This document shows positions 9,601 through 18,921 of a stretch of 45,329 bases of DNA, piece by piece. This DNA comes from Eubacteriales bacterium (lineage in GTDB: Bacteria; Bacillota; Clostridia; Oscillospirales; CAG-272), in contig JBGVFO010000152.1 of the NCBI GenBank assembly GCA_045121195.1, forward strand, positions 1-45,329, read 5' to 3'. A program made the translations under genes and the position numbers. Under the pieces are notes generated by a model, which had not been told where the DNA came from, did not search any database, and saw only the letters and a list, made by a program, of their open reading frames with translations. Every line of letters begins with the position of its first letter. Positions within the stretch are counted from its first letter, which is position 1.

Positions 9601-12600
9601 TTGGTATACCGCTACCGGCGCAGACAAGGGCGCAAAGCTGGTTGGCTCCGCGACCATTCCGATCCAGTCGGGAAGCACCCGAGCGCTTGGTATCTACGTC
9701 AATACCGGTAACAACCATATGAAGTTCTTCAACACGCTTTCCGACAAGGCGCTGACGGCGGCTGATATTGGAAAGACCTTCCGCGTATCCGTAGACGTTT
9801 ACACGACGCAGGATGTTACCCTCTCCGTAGGTGTTGCCGTTTTGAAGGACGTGACCGGTTATTCTGTTTATACTAACTATAATACTGAGACCTTCGCGGT
9901 TAAGAAAGAAACTTGGACACCTATTACCCGTTTGATCACCATTACGGAATCTATGGTGCAGGCGCAGGCCGGTCTTGTTGCTTTCACAGCTAACTATCGG
10001 GAGCAGGTGGATGACGGAACAGCAGAAACCTACTATACTTATTATGATAATATGGTAGTTGAGGAGTGCACCCCCATGCTGACGGTGGATTCTACCGAGA
10101 CAGCTGGAAACGATGGCTTCACCCTGATCACCACCAATCCCGGTGCGCCTCTCAATCAACCCATCACCGTTACCTTTGACGAAGCAATGGATCTTTCCAC
10201 CTTTAAGAAGGGAATGGTCGTTACCAACGAAAAGACCGGCGAGCGCATCAAGGGCTCTTGGGCGGCAGCCGATGATACCAACACCGTATTTACCTTTACC
10301 ACTAACGGTCTTGCGGCAAACACCACCTATACCGTAGCAACCACCGATAAGGTGAAGACCGCGGCAGGCGTTGCTTGCACCGAGGAGATTGTAAAGACGG
10401 TCGCAACCGAGGGCAGTTATTCGCTGCGTCCCCTTGCCACCTCTTACGTTTCCGTGGCAAATGCATCGACTCATTACGGTCTGAACGCAGATCCCGTCCT
10501 TGACACGGATAAGCTTGGCGTCGTGACCTTCTCGGCAAAGACCCTGGCAAGCGCGCAGATCGCCAAGATGTATCTCGGTGTAGACTCCGCAAAGAACGGC
10601 GCGGTTCGTGTATACGCACTGAACTACACGCCCGACGATACCCTTTGCTACAACTCGGTGAAGGATTCTCTCACCGATGCGAATCTTCTGGGGCTCTACG
10701 AGGTAGATGCTAATGGAACGGTCGGAATCGACCTTTCCGATCTTCTTGACAAGACCTTTGGCGATACCGTGACCTTTGTTCTTAAGGCAGGATACGTATT
10801 CACCAATGATTTTGAGACGCCTCTCGTTTCTCAGGCAACAGGTCTTTCTGCAGGATCTTTGGCGGCTCATCCCGCGAACGAAGCGTTCTCCGATAAGTAC
10901 GTTTGGACATATACGGGTATGATGCCCAATGCCGACCTTATGCCCGCGACCGACGGTGCTTCCCAGACCCTTCGAGTGAAGACCAAGGGCGGTCAGACCA
11001 CCAAGTTCTATAATGCTATCAAGGCAAGTCTGTTGGACGCAAACGACGTGGGAAGAACCTACAATATTAGCTTAAAGATGCGTTCTTCCGAAACCACGGC
11101 AACACCTGTCGGCACCGTGGACAAGATTACTGTGACTGCAGGATTTATGAACCGTGTAACGGCTTCCTATGGTGGAACCAACTATAACAACTATACCTTC
11201 CGCGATACGCCGACAACTCGTCCCTCGGCTACTCTGGAACTGGGTGATACTGACTGGACAACTGTTTCCTTTACGGCAACGGTGAACCAGACGATGGTCA
11301 ACCTGCAGGCAGGTATGCTGACCCTCAATATCCCCAAGGTTGCTGATAGTAGTGATGCTAACGTTCTGCTGTATCACTTCTACGACGATATTCTCGTGGA
11401 AGAGGTTGTGACCGATTCTATCACGGTCGACAAGGATTCTCTGATCCTTATGACCGAGAACACCGAGATTGAGGACGTTACCAACGAGGATAATCCCGTC
11501 AAGGACGAACTGTATCCCAGCGTTCTTAACAAGCCCATCGTGGTTTCCTTCAATACCGCAATGGATCTTACCACCTTCGAGAAGGGAATGGTAGTGACCA
11601 ATGTGGCAACCGGCAACCGCGTTGACGGTACCTGGTCTGCAACCGATGCAACCAATATGAACTTCGCCTTCACCACCCGGGGCTTCGTGGCAGGCGCAAC
11701 CTATACCGTTGCTACCACCGCGGCAGTCAAGACGCTTGGCGGCACGGCAGTTGGCGGCGCGGTTATCAAGACCGTGACCATGGAGGGCAGCTACGCGCTG
11801 AAGCCTCTGGTTACCTCTTACGTTTCCAAGTCCGAGCCCAAGCAGCACTTCGGACTTGACACCGACCTTGTGCTTGACACCAACAAGCTTGGCGTCGTTA
11901 CCTTCTCGGCAAAGACCCTGGCAGATGCGGAGGATGCCTTCCTCTACATGCCTTGGAACGCGACGAGAAAGACCTTTATCTACGTTTACGCACTTGCCGA
12001 TTATCTTCCCGACAGTACCCTTTGCTACGATTCTATCAAGGCACAGCTCACTGACGCGAATCTCGTCCTTATGGATGAGTGGGCAAGCGGTGCTTACGCT
12101 CTTGATCTTAACGCGCTTGCCGATAGGGATCTTGGCGATAACGTGACCCTCGTGATCAAGGCGGGTTATACCTTCCAAAACGACTTTGAGACCTACCGTA
12201 TCGAGAACGGTGTAAAGGTCACCAAGCCCCTCGTGAATAAGGTTGGCAATACGATTAACGCCGAGATACTGTCTTATGGACAGAGCACATACCCGGACTA
12301 TAACAAGGAAACGAATCCCAATAGCTATGATTACGGCTTGAACTTGAAGAATACAGCGTATATTGGCAGCTATAATTTGGACGAGAAGGATTACGCAAAC
12401 TTCTGGTTTACCGCTTCCGGTTCCTCTCAGGTGGCGACTATCGTTAATGGACCGGACAGTGCCAATTCCACGCAGGTGCTTCGTACCAAGCTTTCCTATG
12501 ACAAGAATGGTATTAAGCTTTACAATGCCTTCCGTCCCGGAATCACCTTGACTGAGGATGATATTGGAAGAACCTTTAACGTTTCTTACGACATTAGGAC

Positions 12601-13864
12601 TCCGCAGTCTATTACCATTTACACGGCGCCCCTTAAGTTTAATACAGGAACGAGCACCTTGGGCGCTTCCAATGCGGTCGCAACTGCGACTACGGCAGAT
12701 ACCTGGACAGAGGTGAACGCAACCCTGACTCTTACGGCTACACACGTGACCAACCAGTCGGCAAATCTGGGTATCCAGACTCCCAACGCGAGGGGCAATG
12801 ATACCAACACGTCCTACTTCCAGTATTTCGATAACTTCCTTGTTGAAGAGGTCGTATCCGAGTTCACCCTTCCCGCAGATTCCTTCATTCTCGTCACCGA
12901 GAACGAGGCAAGTGTAGACGTGACCGACGTGAATCCCGTTGTGGATGAGATCTACGAGGACGACGTAGTCGTACCGGAGCCTCCCGTTGAAAGCGTAGAG
13001 ACCAAGATCACCGCGGCAGAGGTCGCACTTGGTACCAGCATTACGGTTCACTACTACGCAACCCTCAACGAGGATCACGCGGGCGCACAGATGCGCTTCA
13101 CTGTGGACGGCGTCAAGACGCTTGTTGACGGTGTAAAGAGCGGCAAGGAATACGTATACTCCTACACGGGTATCGCTCCTCAGGCTCTTGGTGAAAACAT
13201 CAAGGCAGAGCTGATCGTAGACGGCGAGGTAGTTGCTACCAAGGACGAGTACAGCGTGCTTCAGAACTGCAAGAATCTTCTTGCAAAGACCGCGGCAGAG
13301 CTTGGTGTTTCCGACGAGAAGTACGCGGCAATGAGGACCCTCATCGCCGACCTTCTTGAGTACGGTGCTGCGGCACAGCTTTACGTGAACCACAAGACCG
13401 ATGCTCTTGTAAACGAGGGCAACGAGGGCGCAACCGCGTTCGAAGAGCTTGATGGCGACGAGTGGAGCAAGATGCCCACCGTGACCACCGACGCAGCGGT
13501 CGATCTGATCAGCGCGGGTCTGCACTTCAACAATACCAACAAGCTGTACTTCCGCTTTGAGGCAGCCGACATCACCGAGGACAACTTCAAGGTGACGATC
13601 GATGGTAACGAGTACACGCTTGGTGACTTTGAGCTGACCGACAACGGATATATTCTTCGTACCGAGGATATTGCCGCTACCGAGCTTGACCACCTCTTCA
13701 CCATTGAGCTGATCAAGAACGGCGAAACGGTACAGACGCTGGAGTACGGCGTATTCGCTTACGTTTACAACATGCAGAACAATACCAGCGAAGCAATGGC
13801 AACCCTCGCCAAGACACTGTACAACTACGGTGTATCGGCAGATGCCTATGCACTCGCAGAGTAA
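6677..13864 (+). CDS. Giant secreted modular protein (2395 aa): alpha/beta-hydrolase-like head, three [Ig-like / DNRLRE(CBM96)-like / beta-sandwich CBM-like] supermodules and a duplicated C-terminal module
   Basis: From ORF 6629..13864. The start is set at ATG 6677, with the AGGAGG RBS 8 nt upstream. The signal peptide is MRKFRLSSVLAMLLSALLLITSLPMAAFA. The head has the motifs IIYPSQP..VPVYVQEG, LGAAGISKAT, SGGLRDNYNCYNYWDE and QLDQGHAYP. The repeated boundary motifs are YVFTNDFETP and Y(Y/F)D(N/D)xxVEE. Confidence 0.9.
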   Translation: MRKFRLSSVLAMLLSALLLITSLPMAAFAVTPSIGIGAGTPNYDKFRGNGMTADANGVMVYDDLAAYKKTSQKDMALTVSYETKAGNATNSGTTTSVATYDECSVLYADYAIYYDDTIEGNTVKIRYGLSMMDSVQYVDKDGVITEGKSPIQLSASYKNDANPDWNAGYGMVDEDGDEKVDYTTRHYEEKAILFYIINHTSYERIGQEDDVSILQDYIDQGYVIVTLDFKSHANATSPYIEQALVSAQSMFKSCAAGTVLGNLGVTTSAQYIYCLPEGCRIERDVWFWDSSIWGAKGTMDAYRNKWNQKISRDSTYTLDDGTQPTFLDTEIGNLQTVEDMIAKVGQYVNKEGYSDENNGKPIEYKLSMNIIYPSQPKADYEVPVYVQEGTGYTREDGIGTEYKRGTFNAFALNGYACVQYDHDYWPFLYRWGYQFYNSGSDYTLGVNLPRNAQAAMRCVRSLADELGYSSRYLGAAGISKATVGMSALAIQNNENYPHSTVSYKDVLNNDKTVSYTEGGFEGDLRDEKGTVTHTILQPFSYYDDEHTEKISSDSCVTYISSGQGYERLFGIGRVASYPKVPLLVSGGLRDNYNCYNYWDESVEWFEDNLTGPWLPLTQLDQGHAYPVGDDTQFGYNRGNAMIRYFDVFLKPDANRAPEVLWATPFNGASDVACSTKWTVGPFTPYGAANWAPDSYYYPQAIQIRFLDAVDPDSVNSGVTVTVTETGAKVDGTWVASQNDALYTFECDALTPGTRYTIDITSGVEGKNGVALAETRKIGFKTEGTYALSPVADAYVSSNEPNKVFGSANKLQVSNAYTTLVSYDTEHILDANKIQLKANGSVEDTVNVEIFALADYKVDEATLTYNTLTASTAWANKISLGKYSLVDGNISIDLSALSAVEGLGKTVTLAVVSTDKTVSEKPYVFTNDFETPAANTALTKEITNEDETTSTITIVRSDGTVIRDTDASVGRVYSDYWYTATGADKGAKLVGSATIPIQSGSTRALGIYVNTGNNHMKFFNTLSDKALTAADIGKTFRVSVDVYTTQDVTLSVGVAVLKDVTGYSVYTNYNTETFAVKKETWTPITRLITITESMVQAQAGLVAFTANYREQVDDGTAETYYTYYDNMVVEECTPMLTVDSTETAGNDGFTLITTNPGAPLNQPITVTFDEAMDLSTFKKGMVVTNEKTGERIKGSWAAADDTNTVFTFTTNGLAANTTYTVATTDKVKTAAGVACTEEIVKTVATEGSYSLRPLATSYVSVANASTHYGLNADPVLDTDKLGVVTFSAKTLASAQIAKMYLGVDSAKNGAVRVYALNYTPDDTLCYNSVKDSLTDANLLGLYEVDANGTVGIDLSDLLDKTFGDTVTFVLKAGYVFTNDFETPLVSQATGLSAGSLAAHPANEAFSDKYVWTYTGMMPNADLMPATDGASQTLRVKTKGGQTTKFYNAIKASLLDANDVGRTYNISLKMRSSETTATPVGTVDKITVTAGFMNRVTASYGGTNYNNYTFRDTPTTRPSATLELGDTDWTTVSFTATVNQTMVNLQAGMLTLNIPKVADSSDANVLLYHFYDDILVEEVVTDSITVDKDSLILMTENTEIEDVTNEDNPVKDELYPSVLNKPIVVSFNTAMDLTTFEKGMVVTNVATGNRVDGTWSATDATNMNFAFTTRGFVAGATYTVATTAAVKTLGGTAVGGAVIKTVTMEGSYALKPLVTSYVSKSEPKQHFGLDTDLVLDTNKLGVVTFSAKTLADAEDAFLYMPWNATRKTFIYVYALADYLPDSTLCYDSIKAQLTDANLVLMDEWASGAYALDLNALADRDLGDNVTLVIKAGYTFQNDFETYRIENGVKVTKPLVNKVGNTINAEILSYGQSTYPDYNKETNPNSYDYGLNLKNTAYIGSYNLDEKDYANFWFTASGSSQVATIVNGPDSANSTQVLRTKLSYDKNGIKLYNAFRPGITLTEDDIGRTFNVSYDIRTPQSITIYTAPLKFNTGTSTLGASNAVATATTADTWTEVNATLTLTATHVTNQSANLGIQTPNARGNDTNTSYFQYFDNFLVEEVVSEFTLPADSFILVTENEASVDVTDVNPVVDEIYEDDVVVPEPPVESVETKITAAEVALGTSITVHYYATLNEDHAGAQMRFTVDGVKTLVDGVKSGKEYVYSYTGIAPQALGENIKAELIVDGEVVATKDEYSVLQNCKNLLAKTAAELGVSDEKYAAMRTLIADLLEYGAAAQLYVNHKTDALVNEGNEGATAFEELDGDEWSKMPTVTTDAAVDLISAGLHFNNTNKLYFRFEAADITEDNFKVTIDGNEYTLGDFELTDNGYILRTEDIAATELDHLFTIELIKNGETVQTLEYGVFAYVYNMQNNTSEAMATLAKTLYNYGVSADAYALAE

Positions 13865-13877
13865 GGAGAGAATTGAG

Positions 13878-14012
13878 ATGAACAACAAGAAGACCTACGT
13901 GCCTGCTGAGGCAGAGATCATTCGCGTTGACGCGAAGGACATCATCACCGTCAGCGGCTTCGTTGGACAGGAGTTTTCCTTCAGAGCGAACAGAAACTCC
14001 TCCGAAAACTGA
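13878..14012 (+). CDS. 44-aa micro-ORF co-transcribed with the giant gene (function unknown)
   Basis: The sequence is MNNKKTYVPAEAEIIRVDAKDIITVSGFVGQEFSFRANRNSSEN. An AAGGAGAG RBS at 13863-13870 overlaps the giant gene's TAA stop and lies 7 nt before the ATG. The ORF sits between that stop and the only terminator at 14032-14073. Confidence 0.45.
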   Translation: MNNKKTYVPAEAEIIRVDAKDIITVSGFVGQEFSFRANRNSSEN

Positions 14013-14031
14013 GCGGCGCAAAAACAGTTCA

Positions 14032-14073
14032 GATCCCCCCCGACGGCTTGCCGTCGGGGGGATCTTCTTTTTT
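14032..14073 (+). terminator. Rho-independent terminator of the giant-gene unit
   Basis: Stem GATCCCCCCGACGG / CCGTCGGGGGGATC with loop CTTG, followed by TTCTTTTTT. Confidence 0.9.
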
Positions 14074-14097
14074 AGCAAATTTTATTTCATAAAAGGG

Positions 14098-14126
14098 TAG
14101 ACAGAAAACGGGTTTTCCTTTATAAT
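14098..14126 (+). promoter_or_regulatory. sigma-A-type promoter of the paralogue
   Basis: TAGACA (14098-14103), a 17-nt spacer, then TATAAT (14121-14126). The AGGAGG RBS is at 14157-14162. Confidence 0.55.
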
Positions 14127-14168
14127 ATATTTGTTAGATATAGCAAATTCTTTTATAGGAGGAGCACA

Positions 14169-17100
14169 ATGAAACGATCTGTTTTTTCTATCGTCTTATC
14201 AATGCTTCTGTCGGTGCTGATGCTGCTCGGAATCGTTCCGATGTCCGCATTTGCCGCAAAAAGCACCGAAAGAGCGGCGAATTCCTCTCCCAACTACAGT
14301 GAATACCGCGGTCAGGGAATGAGCGCCAACAGTAAGACGGGTGTTATGGTGTACGACGATCTGCAGGCGTACTACAAAAAGAGCCAGAGTAACGTGGCTC
14401 TCAGCACCAATTACAGTACCTCGACGGTCAACAGGAACACGGGTAAGAACCTCGCCCATGAAGCGCGGTACACCGAGTGTCCCAACCTTTACGTGGACTG
14501 GGCGCTCTACTACGATGAGGACATCGTAGGCAATACCGTTGTGATCAAGTACGGACTTTCCATGCTTGATAGCGTGCAGTATGTGGATAAGGACGGCGTT
14601 ATCACCGAGGGCAAGTCCCCCATCGAGCTGACGGCAAGCTACGGCGACGCGTCGTATAACGCGGGCTATGAGGTGGTAAAAAGCGCCTCGGGCAAGACGC
14701 GATACACCACGAGATACTATGAGGAAAAGGGAATTATTTTCTATATTCTCAATCACTCCGAAAGCGCCCGTGTGGGCGGCGAGGATGATATTTCCATCCT
14801 GTTTGATTACATTGATCAGGGCTACGTGATCGTGACCCTTGACTTCAAGAGCCATGCCGACGCGAGATCCCCCTATATTGAGCAGAGCCTTGTTTCGGCG
14901 CGCGCTTTGTTTGATAGCACGTCGGACGCGGCGCTGAAAGGCCTCGGTGTGAAGACCAGTGCCAACTACATCTATTTCCTTCCCGAGGGCTGTCGTCTGG
15001 AGCGTGACGTATGGTATTGGGATACCTCTATCTGGGGCGTGAACGGTACCATGGAAAAATACCGCGATACGTGGGACAACAAGATCGCGGGAACCTCCTA
15101 CGATCCCTTGAAGATCGGCAAGGTTTCCACTGTGGAAAATCTGATCGCGAAGGTCACGCAGAAGGACGGAAAAACCCCCATCGAATACAAGCTCTCCATG
15201 AATATCGTCTATCCCTCTCAGCCCGAGGACGGCTATGAGGCGCCCCTGTATATTCAGGAGGGAACCAACTATACAAAGGAGCTGAACATACAGACCTCGT
15301 ACACCCGCGGTGCTTATACGGGCTTTGCCCTCAATGGCTACGCGTGCGTGCAGTACGATCACCCCTATTGGCCCTTCCTCTACAGAAGTGCATATGCTTT
15401 CGAGGGCTCGGGCGGCAATTACGGTATGTCGCAGAGCAGTGAGAATAACGCCCGCGCGGCAGTTCGCTGCGCCCGTTATTACGCGGAGGAGCTTGGTTAT
15501 AGCTGTGAGCTTGTTGGTGCCGCGGGTATCTCCAAGGCAACACCGGGACTTTCCGTTTTGTGTGTCAAGAATAACAAGCAGATCCCCCAGCTTCCCATAT
15601 CGGGCTACGATCCCTCCATATACGAGGGAGATATTGTCGAGAACGGACGTGTCAGCCGCGCGATCGTTCAGCCCTTTATGTACTACGACGAGGAGAATAC
15701 CGACGAGATAAGCTCGGATTGCACCGTGGCGTATATTTCGTCCGGTAACGGTATTGAGCGTCTTTTTGGAACGGGCTCCTACGCCTCCTACGAAAAGATC
15801 CCGCTCGTCATCTCGGGCGGTACCCGCGATGAATACAACTGCTACAATTATTGGGACGAGATGGTTACGTGGTTTACCGCCAACGCCACCGAGCCCTTCC
15901 TTCCTATCGTTCAGCTCGATCAGGGGCATACATTCCCCGTGGGCTACGATAATCAGTTCGGCTATGAGCGCTTCAACGCCATGGTCAAGTTCTTTGACAT
16001 ATACCTGAAGCCCGACAGTAAGCGGGCGCCCGAGGTCCTTTGGGTGACCCCCACTGACGGCTCCGTCAACGTTTCGGTTTCGGGCGAGTGGACGGTAGGC
16101 CCTTACACTCCGTATGGTTGGGATCAGGATTCCTATTATTACGGACAGACCATCCAGATCAAGTTCGTTGCTCCCGTTGACCCCGAGAGCGTGAAGAACG
16201 GCGTCTTCCTCCGCACCGAGGGCGGTGCTGTTCTTGACGGTGAATGGATCGCGGAGCAGGGAAATACGCTCTATACCTTCCACCACAACGGACTTGCCGC
16301 AGGTATGCGGTACGTCATCGATATTACCGAGAACGTCAAGAGTGAAAACGGTATTGCTCTTGAGGAGGCGAAGCAGGTTCGCTTCAAGACCGAGGGCACT
16401 TACGCCGTTGCCCCCGCGTTGCCGACGCGTGCGTTTCGATCAACGAGCCGGATAAGTACCTCGGTGAGGACGTGGCTCTGACCGTAAGCAACGCCAAGAT
16501 CACACTCCTGACGTTTGATACCAAAACTATCGTAAACGCCGAGAAAATTATTCTCAAGGCGAACGGTGACGCCGAAGCGGCGGTGAAGATGGCAGTCTAC
16601 GCCATGCCCGATTATACCGTGGACGGCAAAACGGTCACCTACAATACCCTTACCGCCTCCGACGCATGGAAGAACAGGGTCGAGCTTGGTGAATACAGCG
16701 TGAGAAGCGACGCTTCCGTAGACCTTTCCGCCCTTGCCAAGGTAGAGGGACTCGGCTCCTACGTGACGCTTGCACTCGTTTCAACGGATAAACTCAAGAG
16801 TGAGTCTCCCTACGTTTTTACCCTTGATTTTGAGACACCTGTTCTCGGAACGCCTCTGGTTGACGCGGACGGAACCGTTGGCGTCAAGGCGGACGGTAGC
16901 GTTGTGGATGCGGGAAAGGTGAATGTCACCATTAACAAGCCCTCCTCCACCACCTATATCTGGCGGAGAACGGGTGCGGTTTCCAACGGAAAGATCGTAA
17001 AGGATGCCGCCATCTCCTCTTCCCAGATCTTTCGTGTTGTGACCAACGTGGGAGAAGGACAGTTTGTCAAGTTCTACAACACCGTGACCGACGGGTATAT

Positions 17101-18673
17101 GACGAGTGCGGACATCGGTAAAAACTTCCGCATTACCTTCGACATTATGCCCAATCGCGCATTGGATATCCAGGTTGGCTTTTCCTCGGCTTCCGCAGGA
17201 AACGGAACCAAGGAGAGCCCCTCTGCGGGTGCTTTCTCCTTCTACGGAGCAACCCATTCCGAACGGATCCCTGCCGACGCGTGGACGCGCGTTTCCTGCG
17301 TCATTACCCTGTCCGAGGATATGGTGAACAAGCAGGCTGGTATGGCGACGGTAAAGCTGCTGTATCCCACCGAGGAAAAGACGTATACGCCTGTTACCTA
17401 TATCGACAATCTTGTTGTTGAGGAATGCACACCCGCGCTTACCGTGAACAAGCAGACGGGAAGTGGCTATATGATGGTTACCACCAACCGCGGTGACGCC
17501 ATCGACGCGCCTATTGCCGTTACCTTCAGAAAGCCGATGGACGCAACGACCCTCGACGAAGGCGTTACCGTTATCAATATGATGACGGGCGACCGTGTGG
17601 CGGGCAGATGGATGGCACAGGATAGCGAAGGAAAGAGCTTTTCCTTTGTGACCGAAGGACTGATGCCGGGCGTGACCTATTCGGTGAGCACCACGGGCAA
17701 GGCAAAAACGGCGGACGGCGAGATCTGCCGCAAGGAGCTGATCTGCACGGTGGTGACCGAGGGTGCCTATGCGGTTCGCCCGACGGTAACCTCTACCGTT
17801 TCGACCGCGGAGCCCCAAAAGCATTTTGGCTTGAATGAGGACGTTACGGTATCGGCGGATCGGCTGGGTGTCGTCAGCTTCTCCGCAAAGCTTTTGGAGA
17901 AGGCGACCGCAACGACCCTGCGACTTTCCGTTGCCGCGGAAAAGGCGTCCAAGGTGGAGATCTACGTGCTTGGCAACTATAAGCCCGACAGCACTCTTTG
18001 CTACGATTCCGTTTCGGCGAAGCTTACCTCCTCCAACCGTATGGGAACGTACGAGGTGGCAAACGGCACGGTTGCCGTAGACCTTTCCATTCTTCCCCGA
18101 CTGAACGTAGGAAAGAACGTGACCCTGGTTCTTAAGGCGATCGAAGGCGGCTCCGCTTCGTTGAACAAAAACGGCATCTTCCTTGTGACCGAAACGGATG
18201 CCGTGGTGGAGCTTGCGTCCGAGGACAATCCCGTAACCGATACGGCTCGCGACTTTGCGGAGATCACGGCAGCACAGGTGAGCATCGGCTCCGAGATCAC
18301 CGTAAAGCTCTACGCAAGCATAAGCCGCTCGTATGCCGACGCGAAAATGAAGTTCACCGTGAACGGCAGAGAGTCGGTTATGGAAGGTACCAAGCAGGGC
18401 GGCGAATACGCCTTTGTGCTGAAGGGTATGTCTTATGAGGAAATAAATCAGACTATCAAGGCAGAGCTGGTGCAGGGCGAGCAGACGCTTGCGACTCTGG
18501 AGTCCTACAGCGTGACACAGAACTTTAAGAACCTTCTTGCTAAGTCCGCCGACGAGCTTGGCGTAAGCGAAAAGGTAGATACGGCGCTCAAGAGTGTTCT
18601 TGCCGAAATGCTGGCAAATGGAATCTCCAAGCAGGCAATGAAGGAATACAGTGACGTGATTCGTGGTCGATAA
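14169..18673 (+). pseudogene. Frameshifted paralogue of the giant secreted protein (would be about 1500 aa if the frame is restored)
   Basis: ORFs 14169..16481 and 16472..18673 are colinear with the giant protein. They share the same head motifs (LVGAAGISKATPG, GGTRDEYNCYNYWDE, QLDQGHTFP), Ig-like and DNRLRE-like modules and C-terminal module. The frame breaks just after ...FKTEGTYAVAP, at the C5 run at 16412-16416. A -1 shift restores VADACVSINEPDKYLGEDVALTVSN, which matches PVADAYVSSNEPNKVFGSANKLQVSN in the intact copy. Confidence 0.75.
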
Positions 18674-18696
18674 TATTAAAGAAAGCGAGAACAAAC

Positions 18697-18915
18697 ATGA
18701 AAAAGAGAGAGTTTATAAAGCTTTTGTCCATGCTTCTTCTGGGGGCGCTGCTCCTCAGCTTCGTTGCTTGCGGTGACGACGTGGAGAGTGATGACGAGGA
18801 ATTCTTTGAGGGAACCGAATCCCGGGAGGATACGGAATCCGAAAACGAAAGTGAGAGCGAAAGCGAAACGGAAACCGAAGGAAGCGATATCACCTTCCCC
18901 AGAGACGAATTTTAA
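18697..18915 (+). CDS. 72-aa hyper-acidic small lipoprotein
   Basis: The signal peptide and lipobox read MKKREFIKLLSMLLLGALLLSFVAC. The mature part is almost entirely D/E/S/T (GDDVESDDEEFFEGTESREDTESENESESESETETEGSD...). It starts 24 nt after the paralogue's stop and ends just before the terminator at 18922-18962. Confidence 0.55.
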   Translation: MKKREFIKLLSMLLLGALLLSFVACGDDVESDDEEFFEGTESREDTESENESESESETETEGSDITFPRDEF

Positions 18916-18921
18916 TTCTTA

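Noticed and set aside
12870-13861. A cell-wall or cellulosome anchoring signal (LPXTG, SLH, dockerin, choline-binding repeats) at the C-terminus of the giant protein.
   Set aside because: None of these motifs is visible. The C-terminus instead consists of two related beta-rich/helical modules that end in ...LL(E/N)YG..A..Y-type segments, also present once in the paralogue. The mode of attachment remains unknown.
16405-16420. Programmed -1 ribosomal frameshifting at GCC-CCC-G.
   Set aside because: I considered it, but I see no canonical X-XXY-YYZ heptamer and no obvious downstream pseudoknot or hairpin. A mutation or homopolymer sequencing error is more parsimonious. I keep it only as an alternative in the frameshift finding.
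16472-18673. The second half of the paralogue treated as an independent gene starting at GTG 16472.
   Set aside because: There is no RBS or signal peptide. The similarity to the intact paralogue continues upstream of 16472 in this frame, back to the C5 run, so it is the continuation of a frameshifted gene.
6716-18694. A series of very long antisense ORFs opposite the giant genes: 6716..8314, 8477..10870, 11072..13888, 14199..16286 and 16781..18694.
   Set aside because: Each mirrors a sense-strand ORF that has a signal peptide, an RBS, paralogue conservation and domain repeats. The antisense products have no start context and nonsense composition.
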